Assembly (NCBI GenBank): GCA_016748015.1
Contig: JAAOMT010000566.1
Location: 1 to 64,000 of the forward strand
From: Geosiphon pyriformis uo1
Lineage: Eukaryota; Fungi; Glomeromycota
DNA: 64,000 nucleotides
Reading direction: 5' to 3'
Made by a program: the position numbers and the translations under genes. Every line of letters starts with the position of its first letter. Position 1 is the stretch's first letter. Below the pieces are notes generated by a model that had not been told where the DNA came from, ran no database searches, and saw nothing but the letters and a program-made list of their open reading frames with translations. This document shows positions 54,892 to 64,000 of the stretch, piece after piece.

Positions 54892-56316
54892 GTTAGATCA
54901 AAATCTTTTTGATTATCCCCTAGAAAATATAAAAAAATTTGATTTCTTTCATCACTCTGAGCCAATTTTAAAACTCAAAAAAAATTTAACAAAAGATATT
55001 GCAAAATTCGAAATTTCACTTTTCCAAGAAAGAAATTCTTTTGGCCCCATTTTTATAAAAGATTTAGTCGATGATCAGAATCTTTTGGAATTATTTTCTA
55101 CCAAAGCAAATTTTGCCAGGATATCACATTGTTCCCTAAAACAGTTACTACTATCAGGAAAAGGTGAGAATCGGACTTCTTGCGTTGAAATATAGATTAT
55201 AATATTTTAATTCATTTGTAAATTTTTTCAAAACAGTTTTCTCTGATGCTTTGGTTTCCATTATGGAACACGATCATTCAAAATTGACTCTAAGTTTTGC
55301 ACATATTAATAACAATAATTTTGAAAACACGCGATCCCGCATATCGCAGATTTTTAGAGTCGTTCAATTCCCAGATGTAACTGGTGCTTGGGTAGCAGGC
55401 ATATACCTCCGCTTATGGAAAATTTATTTTCAGAAAAAATTTTTGGGGGGGCTTCAAAAATTTTTGTCAAATTCACTGAAGAAATATGATTATTCTGATT
55501 TTTATTTCACTGGATTTGGCCAAAGTTGTCGTAAGTTTTGAGTTTATTCATTAAAAGAATAAATTAAAATTACTTTGGACTTTCGAATTTAATGTTTTTT
55601 GAATTAGCATATGCAATTTTTGCTGCCCTGAAATTTTTGGAAATCTATAAACCTTCAAAAAAACCTATCGTTGTTACTTTTGGCCAACCGAGAATGGGAA
55701 ATGAAGTTTTTACCGCTTTTGCTCAAACCAAACTTGAGGCAAGAAATTTTCCATTTGATTTTTGTTCCCAATTTGTTTCTGAAGATTTTGCTAATAATGT
55801 CTTTAATTGAAATCGAAAAACAAGATTTTTCGTGTTACACTTATGGATGATTGGTTACCAGATATCCCCATACAAGGAAGAAGATATTTTTCAAAATGGG
55901 ATGATACAAACAAAAGGCCAACGAGTTTAGTGCTTCCTGTAAAAGAAAGATATACACATTTCAAACCTGAATTTTGGATTGAAATTAATTGTGAATGTTC
56001 ACAAGACATCTACCCAACTGTGTACAAATGCTTGAACACCCATTCATTCGATGAACATCCGGTATGAATTTGATATTTAAATGTTAATAGAAAATCTCTA
56101 AAATATTTTTGCCCAAATTCCATTTTTTCTCAACCTCTTTAGGAATGCAATGCTCGTAAACATGAGATCAACATTTCACATGGCTTTCTGCATGAAAATA
56201 AATCCGATGAATTTCATTTTGGTCCGTATTTTGGACAAAACATGAATGATTGTCAAAATTTAAATAGAACTATGATTAAAGGTATAATCTTACAAAAAAA
56301 AGTACCAACCTTTTAG
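54731..56316 (+). CDS. Lipase class 3-like protein L4 (multi-exon; elbow TGFGQSCP, canonical Ser position is Gly)
   Basis: N-terminal TM/poly-Leu; VTFGQPRMGN, DDWLPDIP, HFKPEFWI; last exon ECNAR...HFGPYFG, stop at 56316. Confidence 0.85.
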
Positions 56317-57156
56317 TATGCATTTAGAGACGTTATCATTTAGAAAATAGCCAATAATATTACTGTATGTGACTTTATAATGACAGTCAATCATATTGCT
56401 ACATGTGAAATTAAAAATTACCCATAAATTTTATTACGTTAACAAAAAAGATTTAATGCAAATTTGTTTCAATAAGGCATTCTGAAGTCTTTTTATCCTC
56501 TTATACAACTTTAATTATGTTTCATCATATTTTAACTTGATAACATTGTTAAAATCTTGCTGAACAAGATATTATACTATTAACTCCAAAGCATTCTGTA
56601 AATAACTTTTTGATATTCTATGTTATCATCTTACTCTTCTCAATAATTAAATTCACAATTTTTGCTTGGTAAGTAACTAGTTTATCTGTGTTTTTTTTTC
56701 TTTTGAATAATTAATGTTTTTTGCTAATATTTATTAAATTTTACAATTAAAGTGCTTTACAACTCTTTTATTAAGTTACTGATACTATTTTTATTATTAA
56801 AATTATTATTATTAAAGTTAAAAAGTGTTAAAAAAATTCTTTTATGCTGAAAAAATTGTGTATTACTATTAAAGATATCTTACACTAAGCTTGAAAAATA
56901 AAATTGTATAACAGAAAGAATATTTATTTTATTATTTTCAATTTCAAATTTAAATATCTTTGAAATAACTACTTTATAAAATAGCATTAATAATAGCATT
57001 TAAAAAAACATAATAATACCAGTATTTATAGACTAAATACAAGATATTATGTTTAAAAAAATAAAATAATTACTTGTGTATTATAAAAATTTAAATTGTT
57101 AACATCAACTTAATGTATTATCAATCAATAAAATTGTTTTGCAACCAGCTATGATT

Positions 57157-58078
57157 AGAGAGTTTGCGCTACAATGATTTCTTTGTAAATTTACTTCTAG
57201 CAGTCCCAAATGGAATTACTTGTAGAACAGAGTTTGCGTTACAATGATTTTCCTTGTAAATTTATTTCTGCAATTGGCTAGTGATGTCACGTAATTTTAA
57301 TGCAAACGCGTATCAAATCTCACCATTTGGAGTCCGAGAACTTGACTTTTGACAGCCTGCGAATGGCTACACTTCTGCTACTACTTCATAAGCGTCAACA
57401 ACAACTGGCTATAACAATGAAGACAATATTTGAACCTGAACGTCCATTGATTCCCAATACGAGACTTGATCTAAATGCACTTGATGAGGGAACGTGTGTA
57501 GCATTTTTCCGGTATGAAGATTAAAGTTTTATATGACTAATGTGACAATAATGTTTTGAAAAGTATATTGAAGACAACGGCTTATAGATTCAACAAAACA
57601 CAGATAGAACAACTTGTTGAACACTTCCGAATTCCATCAGTTATCATTACAGAAAATCGTTTGCGGGCAACTGGAGTTGATTCATTATGCATGTTACTTC
57701 GGCGAATGGCTTATCCAAAACCGACATGTTGATACTATTCACCTTTTTGGTCGACCAACTGATGAAATTTCTCGTTTCTGCCAACAAGTTATTTGCGACG
57801 TGACAGGTAGTAGATAGTATAGTGAATGCTTATTCACTAACAATAAAAATGACCCACAGTCTTAAAATAGGTTCGAGAATATCTCTCTTAGGTTTGGACA
57901 TATTGTAAGACATACCTTGTCAGCTTTTGGGCTACAGATTGCAAAAAATTAGATAACAAAATCTCTTACTTGTAGAGGAGATCTACAAAGAATTCCGGTT
58001 TTAAATTTCTTTGTACAAGCCACAAATTTGTGGCTACATGTAAATTTACAAAGAAAATCATTGTAGCGCAAACTCTCT
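57157..58078 (+). mobile_element. Non-autonomous PIF/Harbinger-superfamily DNA transposon (internal deletion derivative)
   Basis: ~38-bp TIRs AGAGAGTTTGCGCTACAATGATTT(T)CTTTGTAAATTTAC and 3-bp TSD ATT. Internal fragment FFR|F...LCMLLRRMAYP / LFGRPTDEISR resembles the N-terminal HTH part of Harbinger-type DDE transposases. No DDE core. Confidence 0.85.
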
Positions 58079-58750
58079 ATTATATCAAATTTTTTAAGTC
58101 ATTATTAAAAATGATACTTTTTTTATATATGTTTTAGTATTTTATATTATATATAATATTGAAATTGTAATAAATTTACTTTTTTAACGCAATGTAGATT
58201 AAAACACTTGACTTTAATACAAAGAAAAAAAATTATTTATATATAATTTTAGTAATTATAATGATCGTGGTCAGAGATTGTGATTTCTAGTAAAATTTAA
58301 TAAAAAGTTCTTTTGAATTATTGTGTTTAACAGCTAATTATCAAGCTTCTGAGATCAGGAATAGCATTTTCTTACAAAATCCATTATTCAATAGTAAATA
58401 GCCAAAAATCTGAGATTTTTGATGCAAGATTTCTATCATTTAATTTCCTCAGTTAATAATTATTTTTAGTTAAATTTATAAATTAATTTCTTTCTTTGAC
58501 TTGAGGGCAAAAGAAATTTTAGTTTTTAAAAAATGAACGAGCCTACAACTTTATCAAAAAATAATATTTTTTATTTTGAACAGCAAATCTGAAAATTCTA
58601 ATATGATAGAAGTCTATTATAAGAATTGAAAGCTAAACCATTTATAAAGACATTTTTTATCTATTTGAGATTTAATTTTGATATTTTCATAACTTATATT
58701 AAAAATATTTTATTTAAAGACTAATCAGATAGAATGCATCGCAATAATAC

Positions 58751-59847
58751 CTAATAGAGATTACTATTATCGTTAAAGCCTCCGTTAATAGTACCAGAGG
58801 AAAAGTGACCATTTTGCTGGTTACCAATGGATCTCTTATCGTTGAAACCTCCATTAATTGTCCCAGACGAAAACTGACCGTTTTGTTGATTACCGATGGA
58901 TCTTTTATCATTGAAACCTCCGTTAATTGTACCAGACGAAAAGTCACCATTTTGTTGGTTACCTATGGATCTCTTATCGTTGAAACCTCCATTAATTGTC
59001 CCAGACGAAAACTGACCATTTTGTTGATTACCGATGGATCTCTTAGTGTTGAAACCTCCATTAATTGTCCCAGACGAAAACTGACCGTTTTGTTGATTAC
59101 CGATGGATCTTTTATCATTGAAACCTCCGTTAATAGTACCAGACGAAAACTGACCATTTTGTTGATTACCGATGGATCTTTTATCATTGAAACCTCCGTT
59201 AATTGTACCAGACGAAAAGTCACCATTTTGTTGGTTACCTATGGATCTCTTATCGTTGAAACCTCCATTAATTGTCCCAGACGAAAACTGACCATTTTGT
59301 TGATTACCGATGGATCTCTTAGTGTTGAAACCTCCATTAATTGTCCCAGACGAAAACTGACCGTTTTGTTGATTACCGATGGATCTTTTATGTTGAAACC
59401 TCCATTAATTGTCCCAGACGAAAAGTCACCATTTTGTTGGTTACCTATGGATCTCTTATCGTTGAAACCTCCATTAATTGTACCAGACGAAAACTGACCA
59501 TTTTGCTGGTTACCAATGGATCTCTTATTGTTGAAACCTCCATTAATTGTCCCAGACGAAAAGTCACCATTTTGCTGGTTTCCAATGGATCTTTTATCAT
59601 TGAAACCTCCATTAATAGTACCAGACGAAAAATCACCATTTTGCTGGTTACCAATTGCATTGGAATTATATCCTAATCTATCACCATTATGGTTGAAGCC
59701 TCCGTTAATAGTACCATGGGAAAACTGGCCGTTGTTCTGATTACCGATACCCCTCTTTGCATTTAATGCAGCTGCACTAGACGTTGAAAATGTAGACAAG
59801 AGAAAAATAGCTGTGCAAATTTGTGTAATAAAAATTTTACCAGTCAT
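58751..59847 (-). CDS. Kex2-processed repeat peptide precursor, copy A (14 core units; one 1-nt frameshift at ~59390)
   Basis: Signal peptide MTGKIFITQICTAIFLLSTFSTSSA, then AKR, then 69-nt repeats SIGNQQNG(Q/D)FSSGTINGGFNxKR, ending FNDNSNLY-stop if the single-base deletion is corrected. Confidence 0.85.
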
Positions 59848-60820
59848 TTTAATCAATCTTAGTGTTTTTAAGGCTTTTAAAAAAATGTATTGGAAAGATT
59901 TCTTTTAGATGTTTTAGAGTGTGAATGAAGAGATNNNNNNNNNNNNNNNNNNNNATTGGGAGCATCAAAAATTAGATATGCTTGGCTAAACAAGTTTCAC
60001 CATTCATGATAACATGAACTAATAGTCCTCAAAATATTTCAGAGTTTTCCCTAACCTGGTAAAAAAGATAGAAATAACGCGAAAACTGTTTCTTTAATTC
60101 TGTATAATTAACTTGACTTAAACGACATTTCAAATTTAAAAACCTATATTTTAGTTTTTACTTGGAAATGTTTAAAATATTTATCTACGGAGGGTGGCTA
60201 TAAGTTACCAAACAATTAAATAACCAATAAAGAAATATAAATTAAAAACTTACACCAATAAACTATTTAATTAATTTATTACACATTATTAAACGAATTT
60301 TTTGTTCTCGTACATTGAATTAAGAAAAAATGGTGTTTACTACAATTGGAAAATTTTTAGTTTAGTCTAATACTTATTTTTGATTTTCCCAATAAACTGT
60401 TCGTTTCGTTTCCTATTATGGTCTGTAGTGTTCTTTCTTTCAAATATAATCTATTTATAAAAAACTTGAATCAATAGCACTTTGCTACAGTATAACTAAA
60501 TGAGTATATTTTTAAATTGGAGAGATACATAATTATATGCGTATTTTGCGTTTTACCAGGATCTATCGAGCACCAACCTATTCTTTCTCATCATGAAAAT
60601 TTCAAAAAAAGGCTAGTGCTTGGTCATTCTTGCGGCCTAAATGAAACCTTTTCGATAAAGGTACAAGCCATCTTTTTCAAGGTTGATTTCAATGGTAACC
60701 GCATGCTTAGCGAAAACTTTGTTACCATAGGAGACCTAAATGAAATACCGAGAAGAAAAACAGTCATATTTAAATTGAATTTGTTTCAAAATTAAACCGA
60801 GCATGAGAATGGGAAAATGG

Positions 60821-60828
60821 TATAAAAG
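60821..60828 (+). promoter_or_regulatory. Putative TATA box for precursor copy B
   Basis: TATAAAAG ~115 bp upstream of the ATG at 60936. Confidence 0.45.
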
Positions 60829-60935
60829 AAGAGGTTCGCCTGTTCAATATCTCTTCATTCACACTCTAAAACATCTAAAAGAAATCTTTCTAATACATTT
60901 TTTTAAAAGCCTTAAAAACACTAAGATTGATTAAA

Positions 60936-61664
60936 ATGACTGGTAAAATTTTTATTACACAAATTTGCACAGCTATCTTTCTCTTGTCTACATTTTCAAC
61001 ATCTAGTGCAGCTGTATTAAATGCAAAGAGAGCTATCGGTAATCAGAACAACGGCCAGTTTTCCCATGGTACTATTAACGGAGGCTTCAACAATAATAGT
61101 GATAGATTAGGATATAATTCCAAAGCAATTGGTAACCAGCAAAACGGTCAGTTTTCGTCTGGGACAATTAATGGAGGTTTCAATGATAAGAGATCCATCG
61201 GTAACCAGCAAAATGGTCAGTTTTCGTCTGGTACAATAAATGGAGGTTTCAATGATAAGAGATCCATCGGTAACCAGCAAAATGGTGACTTTTCATCTGG
61301 TACAATTAATGGAGGTTTCAACGGTAAGAGATCCATCGGTAACCAGCAAAATGGTGACTTTTCATCTGGTACAATTAATGGAGGTTTCAATGATAAGAGA
61401 TCCATCGGTAACCAGCAAAATGGTGACTTTTCGTCTGGTACAATTAATGGAGGCTTCAACACTAAGAGTGACTTTTCATCTGGGACTATTAATGGAGGTT
61501 TCAACGAAAAGAGATCCATCGGTAACCAGCAAAATGGTGACTTTTCGTCTGGTACAATTAATGGAGGTTTCAACGATAAGAGATCCATAGGTAATCAACA
61601 AAATGGTCAGTTTTCGTCTGGTACAATTAATGGAGGCTTCAACCATAATGGTAATCTCTATTAG
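60936..61664 (+). CDS. Kex2-processed repeat peptide precursor, copy B (intact, 242 aa; 8 full core units plus 1 truncated)
   Basis: Intronless ORF with signal peptide, KR-delimited 23-aa repeats and C-terminus FNHNGNLY. Confidence 0.92.
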   Translation: MTGKIFITQICTAIFLLSTFSTSSAAVLNAKRAIGNQNNGQFSHGTINGGFNNNSDRLGYNSKAIGNQQNGQFSSGTINGGFNDKRSIGNQQNGQFSSGTINGGFNDKRSIGNQQNGDFSSGTINGGFNGKRSIGNQQNGDFSSGTINGGFNDKRSIGNQQNGDFSSGTINGGFNTKSDFSSGTINGGFNEKRSIGNQQNGDFSSGTINGGFNDKRSIGNQQNGQFSSGTINGGFNHNGNLY

Positions 61665-61907
61665 GTATTATTACGATGCATTCGGTTGTATTTTATCTGA
61701 TTAGTTTTTAAATAATATAATTTAGGAAAAGATCAAAATTAAATCTCAAATAGATAAAAAATGCCTTTATAAATAGTTTCGCTTTCAATTTTTATAATAG
61801 ACTTCTATCATATCAGATTTTAAATTTTGTTATTTGATACAAATAACGCTATTTTTTTTGGGTTTAAAAATTTTCAATCAGTTGCAANNNNNNNNNNNNN
61901 NNNNNNN

Positions 61908-62531
61908 AACCAGCAAAATGGTCAGTTTTCGTCTGGTACAATTAACGGAGGTTTCAATGATAAAAGATCCATCGGTAATCAACAAAACGGTCAGTTTTCG
62001 TCTGGGACAATTAATGGAGGTTTCAACAATAAGAGATCCATTGGTAACCAGCAAAATGGTCAGTTTTCGTCTGGTACAATTAATGGAGGTTTCAACGATA
62101 AGAGATCCATTGGTAACCAGCAAAATGGTCAGTTTTCGTCTGGTACAATTAATGGAGGTTTCAATGATAAAAGATCCATCGGTAATCAACAAAACGGTCA
62201 GTTTTCGTCTGGGACAATTAATGGAGGTTTCAATGATAAAAGATCCATCGGTAATCAACAAAATGGTCAGTTTTCGTCTGGGACAATTAATGGAGGTTTC
62301 AACACTAAGAGATCTATTGGTAACCAGCAAAATGGTCACTTTTCCTCTGGTACAATTAACGGAGGTTTCAATGATAAAAGATCCATCGGTAATCAACAAA
62401 ACGGTCAGTTTTCGTCTGGTACTATTAATGGAGGTTTCAACACTAAGAGATCCATCGGTAACCAGCAAAATGGTGATTTTTCGTCTGGTACTATTAACGG
62501 AGGCTTTAACGATAATAGTAATCTCTATTAG
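61908..62531 (+). CDS. Kex2-processed repeat peptide precursor, copy C (5' end lost in gap; 9 units visible)
   Basis: In-frame repeats from the gap edge to FNDNSNLY-stop. 3' flank is homologous to those of copies A and B. Confidence 0.85.
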   Translation, partial: NQQNGQFSSGTINGGFNDKRSIGNQQNGQFSSGTINGGFNNKRSIGNQQNGQFSSGTINGGFNDKRSIGNQQNGQFSSGTINGGFNDKRSIGNQQNGQFSSGTINGGFNDKRSIGNQQNGQFSSGTINGGFNTKRSIGNQQNGHFSSGTINGGFNDKRSIGNQQNGQFSSGTINGGFNTKRSIGNQQNGDFSSGTINGGFNDNSNLY

Positions 62532-63211
62532 GTATTATTGCGATGCATTCTATCTGATTAGTTTTTAAATAAAATATAGTTAATATAAGTTATGAAAATA
62601 TCGAAATTAAATCTCAAATAGATAAAAAATGCCTTTTATAAATAGTTTTGCTTTCAATTCTGATAATAGACTTCTATCATATTAGATTTTAAATTTTGTT
62701 ATTTGAAACAAATGACGTTATTTTTTTGGGGTTTAAAAATTTTCAATCAGTTGCAAATCAAGATAAATAGTTTTTATTCTTAATAAAAATGCAATTTTAA
62801 TGAAATTGTAACAGTTGTAATATCATTCTTAAATAAAAAATATAACTGATTTCTTATTTTTAATGGATTATTCTTAAGATTGTTTTCATTTAACTATATC
62901 TTATTCCATTCTTTTTTTCTCATCATCTCTCACCTGTAACAATATCATTACTGGAATTATAAAAATAAAACTTGGTCAATCAATATAATTTAGTTCAAAA
63001 AGTTTGAATTAACTTCTTATATAATAAAAAAACAACTCAATTTAAAACTTAAGAAATTCTAAAATAGTTGCTTTTCTCGGGAATTGGATATAATACCAGA
63101 ATAATAACCATATCTAATTTTCTTATTTAGTATTGAAACCTTCATTAATCAGACAAAATATATACATACTTTACCTACATTATCGTTGAAGCTGTCGTTA
63201 TTAGCACTTAC

Positions 63212-63212
<1 letters not shown>

Positions 63213-63272
<60 letters not shown>

Positions 63273-63289
63273 TTAATAATAAAAACAAC

Positions 63290-63323
<34 letters not shown>
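63213..63323 (+). repeat. (AAT)n microsatellite
   Basis: Direct reading; explains the spurious poly-Ile ORF. Confidence 0.9.
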
Positions 63324-63328
<5 letters not shown>

Positions 63329-64000
63329 GTTCAGTGTGTGATGAAACAATTAACTTTTTGAATTGATCATGAATTTAAAATAATATTAAGTTTACATTTT
63401 TACTTTTGGATTTTTTACACGATCAGCTTTAAATCAAAGAATAAAGTTCAGTTAAAGATTTTTTTGAACAGTATTTTTTATTGATCATTTATTGAATTTA
63501 AATATTTTAATAAAATGAAGCGAAATTAAATAAGGACAAAAATAAATGGGGCTTTTTTAAATCAATTTTCATTCTGTTGGAAAGAAATTTTAATATAGAA
63601 TTATTTATTCGCATAAAAATAAAAGAATTGCTGATTATTGAAGAATTTCTTCTTTTTTCTCAAGGATCTCTGATTTATTTTAACATCATCTTTATACCAA
63701 GCCAAAGATGAAGTAGTTTAGTGATGAAAAATTTGTTGAAATTTTCCAATGAGAAATCATTATAATATGGCTAAGAATTAGAAATCCACTAAAATATCGC
63801 GTTTTTTGATGATTACCATAAAAAGTATCCTTGGGATCCTTATGCCAAATCCTCTAGCCGCAATAGAATAATTTGCGATTCATTTTTATTTTAGAAAAAG
63901 ATATTTTTTGAAAATTAAAAGATAATGACAGAAATGGTTTTGATGTCTTTGATCTTTTTAATCAAATAGTAAGCCATTAATTTTAATTGATACACGAAAC

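Noticed and set aside
60517-60795. 92-aa ORF upstream of precursor B
   Set aside because: TTG start, no motif; most likely promoter sequence.
58751-62531. CRISPR-like appearance of the regular repeats
   Set aside because: No unique spacers; contiguous coding repeats in a eukaryotic context.
58751-62531. Dikaritin-type cyclic RiPP cluster
   Set aside because: Core lacks Tyr/Trp, and no DUF3328 oxidase or tyrosinase is seen in the window. Enzymes beyond 64 kb cannot be excluded.
58714-62568. Alternative-frame and antisense repeat ORFs (e.g. 58805-59497+, 61217-61588-, 61834-62568+, 61878-62468-)
   Set aside because: Shadows of the 69-nt repeat. Variation is synonymous only in the SIGNQQ frame, which also has the signal peptide and KR sites.
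63149-63349. Poly-Ile ORF
   Set aside because: (AAT)n microsatellite.

Overview
Left chromosome end of an AT-rich fungal scaffold. The gene and TE families suggest Glomeromycotina, probably a Geosiphon-like genome; this is an inference from family content. Layout: (1) Telomeric CCCTAA repeats grade into a variant CCCTAT array that erodes inward by C->T changes, and the block appears twice around a gap. (2) About 8 kb of extremely AT-eroded TE relics (LINE, Ty3/Gypsy gag). (3) A nested TE complex: a decayed RNase H-containing LINE (~10.2-31.6 kb) carries a full-length Ty3/Gypsy LTR element (14103-21918) in ORF2 and a second, younger full-length LINE (24716-31490) just upstream of its ORF1. (4) An intron-containing Crinkler-type PD-(D/E)xK nuclease + kinase gene. 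(5) A decayed Kelch-repeat gene. (6) Four lipase class 3-like genes in two divergent pairs, all lacking the catalytic serine. (7) A small PIF/Harbinger-type TIR element. (8) Three copies of a secreted, Kex2-cleavable tandem-repeat precursor predicted to release many copies of a 21-aa peptide SIGNQQNG(Q/D)FSSGTINGGFN(D/N/T). The peptide-precursor cluster and the adjacent pseudo-lipase cluster are the best candidates for an undescribed system. Assembly gaps lie at 1005-1024, 33032-33164, 59935-59954 and 61888-61907.
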